DNA from: Bugula neritina
Taxonomy: Eukaryota; Animalia; Bryozoa
NCBI GenBank assembly: GCA_964035545.1
Contig: CAXIUT010000097.1
Span: forward strand, 372,001-436,000
DNA: 64,000 bases
Direction of reading: 5' to 3'
Notes under the pieces: model-generated
Told to the model about the DNA's origin: nothing
The model's database searches: none
Seen by the model: the letters and a program-made list of their open reading frames with translations, nothing else
Shown: one piece after another, positions 11,701 to 28,800 of the stretch
How positions within the stretch are numbered: the stretch's first letter is position 1
Layout: each line of letters begins with the position of its first letter
Position numbers and translations under genes: made by a program

Positions 11701-13813
11701 ACTGCTATATACTGAAATACACTGCAACACACTACAACATACTGCAACATGCTAGTAGCTGCATTATACTGAAATACACTGCTACATACTGAAATATACT
11801 GCAAAACACAGCAACATACTGCAACATACTAAAATATACTGCAACATACTAGAATACACTGTAACATAATGAATTACACTGCAACACATTGAAATATACT
11901 GCAAAATACTGAAATACACTGCTATATACTGAAATATACTGCAACACACTACAACATACTGCAACATGCTAAAATCTACTGCAACGAACTGAAATACCCT
12001 GCAAAATACTGAAATACACTGTAAGATACTGAAATACACTGCTACATACTGAAATATACTGCAACACACTGCAACATACTGCAACATACTAAAATATACT
12101 GCAACATACTGAAATACACTGCAGAATACTGAAATACACTGTAACATACTGAAATATACTGCAAAACACTGAAATACACTGCTACATACTGAAATATACT
12201 GCAACACACTGCGACATACTGCAACATACTAAAATACACTGTAACATATTGAAATACACTGCAACACATTGAAATATACTGCAATGTACCGAAATATATG
12301 GTAAACTACTGAAATATACTGTCACACATTGAAAAATACTGCAACATACTGAAATATACTGCGACACATTGCAATATACTGTAACATACTGAAATATGCT
12401 GTAGCACACTGAAATACACTGCAACTCACTGAAATATACTGCAACATACTGAAATACACTGTAACATATTGAAATATACTGCAACATACTGAAATACACT
12501 GCTACATACTAAATTTTACTGCAACATACTGCAACATAGTGAAATACACTGTAACATACTGAAATACACTGCAACATAATGAAATATACTACAACATATT
12601 GAAATACACTGCAACACATTGAAATATACTGCATTATACCTAAATATACGGTGATATACCAAAATATACTGTAACACATTTAAAAATACTGCAACATACT
12701 GAAATACACTGCAAAAAACTGTAACACACTGAAATAAACTGCAACACACTGCAACATACTGCAACATACTAAAATATACTGTAACATATTGAAATAGACT
12801 GCAACACATTGAAATATACTGTAAATTACTGAAATACACTGCTAAATACTGAAATATACTGCAACACACTGCAAGATACTGCAACATACTAAAATATATT
12901 GCAACATACTGAAATACACTGCAGAATACTGAAATACACTGTAACATACTGAAATATACTGCAAAATACTGAAATACACTGCTACATACTGAAATATACT
13001 GCAACACACTGCGACATACTGCAACATACTAAATTACACTGTAACATATTGAAATACACTGCAACACATTGAAATATACTGCAATGTACCGAAATATATG
13101 GTCAACTACTGAAATATACTGTCACACATTGAAAAACACTGCAACATACTGAAATATACTGCGACACATTGCAATATACTCTAACATACTGAAATATGCT
13201 GTAGCACACTGAAATACACTGCAACTCACTGAAATATACTGCAACATACTGAAATACACTGTAACATATTGAAATATACTGCAACATACTGAAATACAGT
13301 GCTACATACTGAAATATACTGCAACATACTGCAACATAGTGAAATCCACTGCAACATACTGCAAGACAGTGAAATACACTGTAACATACTGAAATACACC
13401 CCAAAATACTACAACATTTTGAAATGCACTGTAACATATTGAAATACACTGCAACACATTGAAATGTACTGCAACATACCTAAATATACGGTAATATACC
13501 AAAATATACTGTAACACATTGAAAAATACTGCAACATACTGAAATACACTGCAACACACCGAAAAACACTGAAAATACTGTAACACACTGAAATATACTG
13601 CAAAATACTGAAATATACTGCAACATACTGAAATATACTGCTACATACTGAAATATACTGCAACACACTGCAACATACTGCAACATACTAGAATACACTG
13701 TAACATAATGAAATACACTGCAACACATTGAAATATACTGCAAAATACTGAAATACACTGCTATATACTGAAATACACTGCAACACACTACAACATACTG
13801 CAACATGCTAAAA
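7614..13813 (+). repeat. Tandem duplication, period 3052 bp (2 copies)
   Basis: ORF offsets 7914/10966, 8730/11782, 9464/12516 and 10050/13102 all equal 3052. Rare variants (ACACCCCAAAA, AAGACAGTG, CCTAGATATACGG) are shared. G9714 vs A12766 is copy-specific. Confidence 0.92.
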
Positions 13814-16800
13814 GCTGCAACATACTGAAATACACTGCTACATACTGAAATATACTGCAACACATTGCAACATACTGCAACATACTAAAGTATACTGCAA
13901 CATACTGAAATACACTGCAGAATACTGAAATACACTGTAAGATACTGAAATATACTGCAAAATACTGAAATACATTGCTACATACTGAAATATACTGCAA
14001 CACACTGCGACATACTGCAACATACTAAAATAAACTGTAACATATTGAAATACACTGCAACACATTGAAATATATTGCAATGTACCGAAATATATGGTAA
14101 ACTACTGAAATATACTGTCACACATTGAAAAATACTGCAACATACTGAAATATACTGCGACACATTGCAATATACTGTAACATACTGAAATATCCTGTAG
14201 CACACTGAAATACACTGCAACATACTGAAATACACTGTAACATATTGAAATATACTGCAACATACTGAAATACAGTGCTACATACTGAAATATACTGCAA
14301 CATACTGCAACATAGTGAAATTCACTGTAACATACTGAAAAACACTGCAACATACTACAACATATTGAAATACACTGCAACACATTGAAATATACTGCAA
14401 CATACCTAAATATACGGTGATATACCAAAATAAACTGTAACACATTTAAAAATACTGCAACATACTGAAATACACTGCAACACTCTGAAATACACTGCAA
14501 AATACTGTAACACACTGAAATATACTGCAACACACTGCAACATACTGCAACATACTAGAATACACTGTAACATATTGAAATATACTGCAACATACTGAAA
14601 TACACTGCTATATACTGAAATATACTGCAACACACTACAACATACTGCAACATGCTAAAATATACTGCAACATACTGAAATACCCTGCAAAATACTGAAA
14701 TACACTGTAACATACTGAAGTATACTGCAACATACTGAAATACACTGCTACATACTGAAACATACTGCAACACACAGCAACATACTGCAACATACTAAAA
14801 TACACTGTAACATATTGGAATACACTGCAACACATTGAAATATACTGCAAAATACTGAAATACACTGCTGCATACTGAAATTTACTGCGACACACTGCAA
14901 CATACTGAAATATACTGCAAAATACTGAAATACACTGCTATATACTGAAATACACTGCAACACACTACAACATACTGCAACATGCTAAAATATACTGCAA
15001 CATACTGAAATACACTGCAAAATACTGAAATACACTGTAACATACTGAAGTATACTGCAACATACTGAAATACACTGCTACATACTGAAATATACTGCAA
15101 AATACTGAAATACACTGCTATATACTGAAATACACTGCAACACACTACAACATACTGCAACATGCTAAAAGCTGCAACATACTGAAATACACTGCTACAT
15201 ACTGAAATATACTGCAACACACAGCAACTTACTGCAACATACTAAAATATACTGCAACATACTGAAATACACTGCAAAATATTCAAATACACTGTAACAT
15301 ATTGAAATATACTGCAACATACTGAAATACAGTGCTACATACTGAAATATACTGCAACATACTGCAACATAGTGAAATACACTGCAACATACTGCAAGAT
15401 AGTGAAATACACTGTAACATACTGAAATACACCGCAAAAAACTACAACATATTGAAATGCACTGTAACCTATTGAAATACACTGCAACACATTGAAATAT
15501 ACTGCAACATACCTAAATATACGGTAAAATACCAAAATATACTGTAACACATTGAAAAATACTGCAACATACTGAAATACACTGCAACACACCGAAAAAC
15601 ACTGAAATTACTGTAACACACTGAAATATACTGCAAAATACTGAAATATACTGCAAAATACTGAAATACACTGCTACATACTGAAATATACTGCAACACA
15701 CTACAACATACTGCAACATGCTAGTAGCTGCATTATACTGAAATACACTGCTACATACTGAAATATACTGCAAAACACAGCAACATACTGCAACATACTA
15801 AAATATACTGCAACATACTAGAATACACTGTAACATAATGAATTACACTGCAACACATTGAAATATACTGCAAAATACTGAAATACACTGCTATATACTG
15901 AAATATACTGCAACACACTACAACATACTGCAACATGCTAAAATCTACTGCAACGAACTGAAATACCCTGCAAAATACTGAAATACACTGTAAGATACTG
16001 AAATACACTGCTACATACTGAAATATACTGCAACACACTGCAACATACTGCAACATACTAAAATATACTGCAACATACTGAAATACACTGCAGAATACTG
16101 AAATACACTGTAACATACTGAAATATACTGCAAAATACTGAAATACACTGCTACATACTGAAATATACTGCAACACACTGTGACATACTGCAACATACTA
16201 AAATACACTGTAACACATTGAAATACACTGCAACACATTGAAATATACTGCAATGTACCGAAATATATGGTAAACTACTGAAATATACTGTCACACATTG
16301 AAAAATACTGCAACATACTGAAATATACTGCGACACATTGCAATATACTGTAACATACTGAAATATGCTGTAGCACACTGAAATACACTGCAACTCACTG
16401 AAATATACTGCAACATACTGAAATACACTGTAACATATTGAAATATACTGCAACATACTGAAATACACTGCTACATACTAAATTTTACTGCAACATACTG
16501 CAACATAGTGAAATACACTGTAACATACTGAAATACACTGCAACATACTGCAACATATTGAAATAAACTGCAACACATTGAAATATACTGCATTATACCT
16601 AAATATACGGTGATATACCAAAATATACTGTAACACATTTAAAAATACTGCAACATACTGAAATACACTGCAAAAAACTGTAACACACTGAAATAAACTG
16701 CAACACACTGCAACATACTGCAACATACTAAAATATACTGTAACATATTGAAATAGACTGCAACACATTGAAATATACTGTAAATTACTGAAATACACTG

Positions 16801-19800
16801 CTAAATACTGAAATATACTGCAACACACTGCAAGATACTGCAACATACTAAAATATATTGCAACATACTGAAATACACTGCAGAATACTGAAATACACTG
16901 TAACATACTGAAATATACTGCAAAATACTGAAATACACTGCTACATACTGAAATATACTGCAACACACTGCGACATACTGCAACATACTAAATTACACTG
17001 TAACATATTGAAATACACTGCAACACATTGAAATATACTGCAATGTACCGAAATATATGGTCAACTACTGAAATATACTGTCACACATTGCAATATACTC
17101 TAACATACTGAAATATGCTGTAGCACACTGAAATACACTGCAACTCACTGAAATATACTGCAACATACTGAAATACACTGTAACATATTGAAATATACTG
17201 CAACATACTGAAATACAGTGCTACATACTGAAATATACTGCAACATACTGCAACATAGTGAAATACACTGCAACATACTGCAAGATAGTGAAATACACTG
17301 TAACATACTGAATTACACCGCAAAATACTGCAACATATTGAAATGCACTGTAACATATTGAAATACACTGCAACACATTGAAATATACTGCAACATACCT
17401 AAATATACGGTATTATACCAAAATATACTGTAACACATTGAAAAATACTGCAACATACTGAAATACACTGCAACACACCGAAAAACACTGAAAATACTGT
17501 AACACACTGAAATATACTGCAAAATACTGAAATATACTGCAAAATACTGAAATACACTGCTACATACTGAAATATACTGCAACACACCGCAACATACTGC
17601 AACATACTAAAGTATACTGCAACATACTGAAATACACTGCAAAATACTGAAATACACTATAACATACTGAAATATACTGCAACATACTGAAATACACTGC
17701 TACATACTGAAATATACTGCAACACACAGCAACATACTGCAACATACTAAAATACACTGTAACATATTGGAATACCCTGCAACACATTGAAATATACTGC
17801 AACATACCTAAATATACGGTGATATACCAAAATAAACTGTAACACATTTAAAAATACTGCAACATACTGAAATACACTGCAACACTCTGAAATACACTGC
17901 AAAATACTGTAACACACTGAAATATACTGCAACACACTGCAACATACTGCAACATACTAGAATACACTGTAACATATTGAAATATACTGCAATATACTGA
18001 AATACACTGCTATATACCGAAATATACTGCAACACACTACAACATACTGCAACATGCTGAAATATACTGCAACATACTGAAATACCCTGCAAAATGTACT
18101 GAAATACACTGTAACATACTGAAGTATACTGCAACATACTGAAATACACTGCTACATACTGAAATTTACTGCGACACACTGCAACATACTGCAACATACT
18201 AAAATGCACTGTAACATAGTGAAATAGACTGCAACACATTGAAATATACTGCAAAATACTGAAATACACTGCTATATACTGAAATTTACTGCAACACACT
18301 GCAACATACTGCAACATACTAAAATATACTGCAACATACTGAAATACACTGCAAAATATTCAAATACACTGTAACATATTGAAATATACTGCAACATACG
18401 GAAATACAGTGCTACATACTGAAATATACTGCAACATACTGCAACATAGTGAAATACACTGCAACATACTGCAAGATAGCGAAATACACTGTAACATACT
18501 GGAGTATACTGCAACATGCTGAAATACACTGCTACATACTGAAATATACTGCAACACACAGCAACATACTGCAACATACTAAAATACACTGTGACATGTT
18601 GGAATACACTGCAACACATTGAAATATACTGCAAATGACTGAAATACACTGCTACATACTGAAATATACTGCGACACACTGCAACATACTGCAACATACT
18701 AAAATACACTGTAACATATTGAAATAGACTGCAACACAATGAAATATACTGTAAAATACTAAAATACACTGCTAAATACTGAAATATACTGCAACACACT
18801 GCAAGATACTGCAACATACTAAAATATACTGCAACATACTGAAATACACTGCAGAATACTGAAATACACTGTAACATACTGAAATATACTGCAAAATACT
18901 GAAATACACTGCTACATACTGAAATATACTGCAACACACTGCGACATACTGCAACATACTAAAATACACTGTAACATATTGAAATACACTGCAACACATT
19001 GAAATATACTGCAATGTACCGAAATATATGGTAAACTACTGAAATATACTGTCACACATTGAAAAACACTGCAACATACTGAAATATACTGCGACACATT
19101 GCAATATACTGTAACATACTGAAATATGCTGTAGCACACTGAAATACACTGCAACTCACTGAAATATACTGCAACATACTGAAATACACTGTAACATATT
19201 GAAATATACTGCAACATACTGAAATACACTGCTACATACTAAATTTTACTGCAACATACTGCAACATAGTGAAATACACTGTAACATACTGAAATACACT
19301 GCAACATACTGCAACATATTGAAATACACTGCAACACATTGAAATATACTGCATTATACCTGAATATACGGTGATATACCAAAATATACTGTAACACATT
19401 TAAAAATACTGCAACATACTGAAATACACTGCAAAAAACTGTAACACACTGAAATAAACTGCAACACACTGCAACATACTGCAACATACTAAAATATACT
19501 GTAACATATTGAAATAGACTGCAACACATTGAAACATACTGTAAATTACTGAAATACACTGCTAAATACTGAAATATACTGCAACACACTGCAAGATACT
19601 GCAACATACTAAAATATATTGCAACATACTGAAATACACTGCAGAATACTGAAATACACTGTAACATACTGAAATATACTGCAAAATACTGAAATACACA
19701 GCTACATACTGAAATATACTGCAACACACTGCGACATACTGCAACATACTAAATTACACTGTAACATATTGAAATACACTGCAACACATTGAAATATACT

Positions 19801-22800
19801 GCAATGTACCGAAATATATGGTCAACTACTGAAATATACTGTCACACATTGAAAAACACTGCAACATACTGAAATATACTGCGACACATTGCAATATACT
19901 GCAACATACTGAAATACACTGCTACATACTGAAATATACTGCAAAATACTGAAATACACTGCTATATACTGAAATACACTGCAACACACTACAACATACT
20001 GCAACATGCTAAAAGCTGCAACATACTGAAATACACTGCTACATACTGAAATATACTGCAACACACAGCAACTTACTGCAACATACTAAAATATACTGCA
20101 ACATACTGAAATACACTGCAAAATATTCAAATACACTGTAACATATTGAAATATACTGCAACATACTGAAATACAGTGCTACATACTGAAATACACTGCA
20201 ACATACTGCAACATAGTGAAATACACTGCAACATACTGCAAGATAGTGAAATACACTGTAACATACTGAAATACACCGCAAAAAACTACAACATATTGAA
20301 ATGCACTGTAACCTATTGAAATACACTGCAACACATTGAAATATACTGCAACATACCTAGATATACGGTAATATACCAAAATATACTGTAACACATTGAA
20401 AAATACTGCAACATACTGAAATACACTGCAACACACCGAAAAACACTGAAATTACTGTAACATATTGAAATATACTGCAACATACTGAAATACACTGCTA
20501 CATACTAAATTTTACTGCAACATACTGCAACATAGTGAAATACACTGTAACATACTGAAATACACTGCAACATAATGAAATATACTACAACATATTGAAA
20601 TACACTGCAACACATTGAAATATACTGCATTATACCTAAATATACGGTGATATACCAAAATATACTGTAACACATTTAAAAATACTGCAACATACTGAAA
20701 TACACTGCAAAAAACTGTAACACACTGAAATAAACTGCAACACACTGCAACATACTGCAACATACTAAAATATACTGTAACATATTGAAATAGACTGCAA
20801 CACATTGAAATATACTGTAAATTACTGAAATACACTGCTAAATACTGAAATATACTGCAACACACTGCAAGATACTGCAACATACTAAAATATATTGCAA
20901 CATACTGAAATACACTGCAGAATACTGAAATACACTGTAACATACTGAAATATACTGCAAAATACTGAAATACACTGCTACATACTGAAATATACTGCAA
21001 CACACTGCGACATACTGCAACATACTAAATTACACTGTAACATATTGAAATACACTGCAACACATTGAAATATACTGCAATGTACCGAAATATATGGTCA
21101 ACTACTGAAATATACTGTCACACATTGAAAAACACTGCAACATACTGAAATATACTGCGACACATTGCAATATACTCTAACATACTGAAATATGCTGTAG
21201 CACACTGAAATACACTGCAACTCACTGAAATATACTGCAACATACTGAAATACACTGTAACATATTGAAATATACTGCAACATACTGAAATACAGTGCTA
21301 CATACTGAAATATACTGCAACATACTGCAACATAGTGAAATCCACTGCAACATACTGCAAGACAGTGAAATACACTGTAACATACTGAAATACACCCCAA
21401 AATACTACAACATTTTGAAATGCACTGTAACATATTGAAATACACTGCAACACATTGAAATGTACTGCAACATACCTAAATATACGGTAATATACCAAAA
21501 TATACTGTAACACATTGAAAAATACTGCAACATACTGAAATACACTGCAACACACCGAAAAACACTGAAAATACTGTAACACACTGAAATATACTGCAAA
21601 ATACTGAAATATACTGCAACATACTGAAATATACTGCTACATACTGAAATATACTGCAACACACTGCAACATACTGCAACATACTAGAATACACTGTAAC
21701 ATAATGAAATACACTGCAACACATTGAAATATACTGCAAAATACTGAAATACACTGCTATATACTGAAATACACTGCAACACACTACAACATACTGCAAC
21801 ATGCTAAAAGCTGCAACATACTGAAATACACTGCTACATACTGAAATATACTGCAACACATTGCAACATACTGCAACATACTAAAGTATACTGCAACATA
21901 CTGAAATACACTGCAGAATACTGAAATACACTGTAAGATACTGAAATATACTGCAAAATACTGAAATACATTGCTACATACTGAAATATACTGCAACACA
22001 CTGCGACATACTGCAACATACTAAAATAAACTGTAACATATTGAAATACACTGCAACACATTGAAATATATTGCAATGTACCGAAATATATGGTAAACTA
22101 CTGAAATATACTGTCACACATTGAAAAATACTGCAACATACTGAAATATACTGCGACACATTGCAATATACTGTAACATACTGAAATATCCTGTAGCACA
22201 CTGAAATACACTGCAACATACTGAAATACACTGTAACATATTGAAATATACTGCAACATACTGAAATACAGTGCTACATACTGAAATATACTGCAACATA
22301 CTGCAACATAGTGAAATTCACTGTAACATACTGAAAAACACTGCAACATACTACAACATATTGAAATACACTGCAACACATTGAAATATACTGCAACATA
22401 CCTAAATATACGGTGATATACCAAAATAAACTGTAACACATTTAAAAATACTGCAACATACTGAAATACACTGCAACACTCTGAAATACACTGCAAAATA
22501 CTGTAACACACTGAAATATACTGCAACACACTGCAACATACTGCAACATACTAGAATACACTGTAACATATTGAAATATACTGCAACATACTGAAATACA
22601 CTGCTATATACTGAAATATACTGCAACACACTACAACATACTGCAACATGCTAAAATATACTGCAACATACTGAAATACCCTGCAAAATACTGAAATACA
22701 CTGTAACATACTGAAGTATACTGCAACATACTGAAATACACTGCTACATACTGAAACATACTGCAACACACAGCAACATACTGCAACATACTAAAATACA

Positions 22801-25800
22801 CTGTAACATATTGGAATACACTGCAACACATTGAAATATACTGCAAAATACTGAAATACACTGCTGCATACTGAAATTTACTGCGACACACTGCAACATA
22901 CTGAAATATACTGCAAAATACTGAAATACACTGCTATATACTGAAATACACTGCAACACACTACAACATACTGCAACATGCTAAAATATACTGCAACATA
23001 CTGAAATACACTGCAAAATACTGAAATACACTGTAACATACTGAAGTATACTGCAACATACTGAAATACACTGCTACATACTGAAATATACTGCAAAATA
23101 CTGAAATACACTGCTATATACTGAAATACACTGCAACACACTACAACATACTGCAACATGCTAAAAGCTGCAACATACTGAAATACACTGCTACATACTG
23201 AAATATACTGCAACACACAGCAACTTACTGCAACATACTAAAATATACTGCAACATACTGAAATACACTGCAAAATATTCAAATACACTGTAACATATTG
23301 AAATATACTGCAACATACTGAAATACAGTGCTACATACTGAAATATACTGCAACATACTGCAACATAGTGAAATACACTGCAACATACTGCAAGATAGTG
23401 AAATACACTGTAACATACTGAAATACACCGCAAAAAACTACAACATATTGAAATGCACTGTAACCTATTGAAATACACTGCAACACATTGAAATATACTG
23501 CAACATACCTAAATATACGGTAAAATACCAAAATATACTGTAACACATTGAAAAATACTGCAACATACTGAAATACACTGCAACACACCGAAAAACACTG
23601 AAATTACTGTAACACACTGAAATATACTGCAAAATACTGAAATATACTGCAAAATACTGAAATACACTGCTACATACTGAAATATACTGCAACACACTAC
23701 AACATACTGCAACATGCTAGTAGCTGCATTATACTGAAATACACTGCTACATACTGAAATATACTGCAAAACACAGCAACATACTGCAACATACTAAAAT
23801 ATACTGCAACATACTAGAATACACTGTAACATAATGAATTACACTGCAACACATTGAAATATACTGCAAAATACTGAAATACACTGCTATATACTGAAAT
23901 ATACTGCAACACACTACAACATACTGCAACATGCTAAAATCTACTGCAACGAACTGAAATACCCTGCAAAATACTGAAATACACTGTAAGATACTGAAAT
24001 ACACTGCTACATACTGAAATATACTGCAACACACTGCAACATACTGCAACATACTAAAATATACTGCAACATACTGAAATACACTGCAGAATACTGAAAT
24101 ACACTGTAACATACTGAAATATACTGCAAAATACTGAAATACACTGCTACATACTGAAATATACTGCAACACACTGTGACATACTGCAACATACTAAAAT
24201 ACACTGTAACACATTGAAATACACTGCAACACATTGAAATATACTGCAATGTACCGAAATATATGGTAAACTACTGAAATATACTGTCACACATTGAAAA
24301 ATACTGCAACATACTGAAATATACTGCGACACATTGCAATATACTGTAACATACTGAAATATGCTGTAGCACACTGAAATACACTGCAACTCACTGAAAT
24401 ATACTGCAACATACTGAAATACACTGTAACATATTGAAATATACTGCAACATACTGAAATACACTGCTACATACTAAATTTTACTGCAACATACTGCAAC
24501 ATAGTGAAATACACTGTAACATACTGAAATACACTGCAACATACTGCAACATATTGAAATAAACTGCAACACATTGAAATATACTGCATTATACCTAAAT
24601 ATACGGTGATATACCAAAATATACTGTAACACATTTAAAAATACTGCAACATACTGAAATACACTGCAAAAAACTGTAACACACTGAAATAAACTGCAAC
24701 ACACTGCAACATACTGCAACATACTAAAATATACTGTAACATATTGAAATAGACTGCAACACATTGAAATATACTGTAAATTACTGAAATACACTGCTAA
24801 ATACTGAAATATACTGCAACACACTGCAAGATACTGCAACATACTAAAATATATTGCAACATACTGAAATACACTGCAGAATACTGAAATACACTGTAAC
24901 ATACTGAAATATACTGCAAAATACTGAAATACACTGCTACATACTGAAATATACTGCAACACACTGCGACATACTGCAACATACTAAATTACACTGTAAC
25001 ATATTGAAATACACTGCAACACATTGAAATATACTGCAATGTACCGAAATATATGGTCAACTACTGAAATATACTGTCACACATTGCAATATACTCTAAC
25101 ATACTGAAATATGCTGTAGCACACTGAAATACACTGCAACTCACTGAAATATACTGCAACATACTGAAATACACTGTAACATATTGAAATATACTGCAAC
25201 ATACTGAAATACAGTGCTACATACTGAAATATACTGCAACATACTGCAACATAGTGAAATACACTGCAACATACTGCAAGATAGTGAAATACACTGTAAC
25301 ATACTGAATTACACCGCAAAATACTGCAACATATTGAAATGCACTGTAACATATTGAAATACACTGCAACACATTGAAATATACTGCAACATACCTAAAT
25401 ATACGGTATTATACCAAAATATACTGTAACACATTGAAAAATACTGCAACATACTGAAATACACTGCAACACACCGAAAAACACTGAAAATACTGTAACA
25501 CACTGAAATATACTGCAAAATACTGAAATATACTGCAAAATACTGAAATACACTGCTACATACTGAAATATACTGCAACACACCGCAACATACTGCAACA
25601 TACTAAAGTATACTGCAACATACTGAAATACACTGCAAAATACTGAAATACACTATAACATACTGAAATATACTGCAACATACTGAAATACACTGCTACA
25701 TACTGAAATATACTGCAACACACAGCAACATACTGCAACATACTAAAATACACTGTAACATATTGGAATACCCTGCAACACATTGAAATATACTGCAACA

Positions 25801-28800
25801 TACCTAAATATACGGTGATATACCAAAATAAACTGTAACACATTTAAAAATACTGCAACATACTGAAATACACTGCAACACTCTGAAATACACTGCAAAA
25901 TACTGTAACACACTGAAATATACTGCAACACACTGCAACATACTGCAACATACTAGAATACACTGTAACATATTGAAATATACTGCAATATACTGAAATA
26001 CACTGCTATATACCGAAATATACTGCAACACACTACAACATACTGCAACATGCTGAAATATACTGCAACATACTGAAATACCCTGCAAAATGTACTGAAA
26101 TACACTGTAACATACTGAAGTATACTGCAACATACTGAAATACACTGCTACATACTGAAATTTACTGCGACACACTGCAACATACTGCAACATACTAAAA
26201 TGCACTGTAACATAGTGAAATAGACTGCAACACATTGAAATATACTGCAAAATACTGAAATACACTGCTATATACTGAAATTTACTGCAACACACTGCAA
26301 CATACTGCAACATACTAAAATATACTGCAACATACTGAAATACACTGCAAAATATTCAAATACACTGTAACATATTGAAATATACTGCAACATACGGAAA
26401 TACAGTGCTACATACTGAAATATACTGCAACATACTGCAACATAGTGAAATACACTGCAACATACTGCAAGATAGCGAAATACACTGTAACATACTGGAG
26501 TATACTGCAACATGCTGAAATACACTGCTACATACTGAAATATACTGCAACACACAGCAACATACTGCAACATACTAAAATACACTGTGACATGTTGGAA
26601 TACACTGCAACACATTGAAATATACTGCAAATGACTGAAATACACTGCTACATACTGAAATATACTGCGACACACTGCAACATACTGCAACATACTAAAA
26701 TACACTGTAACATATTGAAATAGACTGCAACACAATGAAATATACTGTAAAATACTAAAATACACTGCTAAATACTGAAATATACTGCAACACACTGCAA
26801 GATACTGCAACATACTAAAATATACTGCAACATACTGAAATACACTGCAGAATACTGAAATACACTGTAACATACTGAAATATACTGCAAAATACTGAAA
26901 TACACTGCTACATACTGAAATATACTGCAACACACTGCGACATACTGCAACATACTAAAATACACTGTAACATATTGAAATACACTGCAACACATTGAAA
27001 TATACTGCAATGTACCGAAATATATGGTAAACTACTGAAATATACTGTCACACATTGAAAAACACTGCAACATACTGAAATATACTGCGACACATTGCAA
27101 TATACTGTAACATACTGAAATATGCTGTAGCACACTGAAATACACTGCAACTCACTGAAATATACTGCAACATACTGAAATACACTGTAACATATTGAAA
27201 TATACTGCAACATACTGAAATACACTGCTACATACTAAATTTTACTGCAACATACTGCAACATAGTGAAATACACTGTAACATACTGAAATACACTGCAA
27301 CATACTGCAACATATTGAAATACACTGCAACACATTGAAATATACTGCATTATACCTGAATATACGGTGATATACCAAAATATACTGTAACACATTTAAA
27401 AATACTGCAACATACTGAAATACACTGCAAAAAACTGTAACACACTGAAATAAACTGCAACACACTGCAACATACTGCAACATACTAAAATATACTGTAA
27501 CATATTGAAATAGACTGCAACACATTGAAACATACTGTAAATTACTGAAATACACTGCTAAATACTGAAATATACTGCAACACACTGCAAGATACTGCAA
27601 CATACTAAAATATATTGCAACATACTGAAATACACTGCAGAATACTGAAATACACTGTAACATACTGAAATATACTGCAAAATACTGAAATACACAGCTA
27701 CATACTGAAATATACTGCAACACACTGCGACATACTGCAACATACTAAATTACACTGTAACATATTGAAATACACTGCAACACATTGAAATATACTGCAA
27801 TGTACCGAAATATATGGTCAACTACTGAAATATACTGTCACACATTGAAAAACACTGCAACATACTGAAATATACTGCGACACATTGCAATATACTGCAA
27901 CATACTGAAATACACTGCTACATACTGAAATATACTGCAAAATACTGAAATACACTGCTATATACTGAAATACACTGCAACACACTACAACATACTGCAA
28001 CATGCTAAAAGCTGCAACATACTGAAATACACTGCTACATACTGAAATATACTGCAACACACAGCAACTTACTGCAACATACTAAAATATACTGCAACAT
28101 ACTGAAATACACTGCAAAATATTCAAATACACTGTAACATATTGAAATATACTGCAACATACTGAAATACAGTGCTACATACTGAAATACACTGCAACAT
28201 ACTGCAACATAGTGAAATACACTGCAACATACTGCAAGATAGTGAAATACACTGTAACATACTGAAATACACCGCAAAAAACTACAACATATTGAAATGC
28301 ACTGTAACCTATTGAAATACACTGCAACACATTGAAATATACTGCAACATACCTAGATATACGGTAATATACCAAAATATACTGTAACACATTGAAAAAT
28401 ACTGCAACATACTGAAATACACTGCAACACACCGAAAAACACTGAAATTACTGTAACACACTGAAATATACTGCAAAATACTGAAATATACTGCAAAATA
28501 CTGAAATACACTGCTACATACTGAAATATTTTGCAACACACTGCAACATACTGCAACATACTAAAGTATACTGCAACATACTGAAATACACTGCAAAATA
28601 CTGAAATACACTATAACATACTGAAATATACTTCAACATACTGAAATATACTGCTACATACTGAAATATACTGCAACACACTGCAACATACTGCAACATA
28701 CTAGAATACACTGTAACATAATGAAATACACTGCAACACATTGAAATATACTGCAAAATACTGAAATACACTGCTATATACTGAAATACACTGCAACACA

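Noticed and set aside
12458-28458. The 7996-bp near-perfect duplication as purely an assembly artefact
   Set aside because: It is not excluded, but the copy-specific deletion junctions and the nested duplication pattern are more consistent with real structure. Read-level validation is needed.
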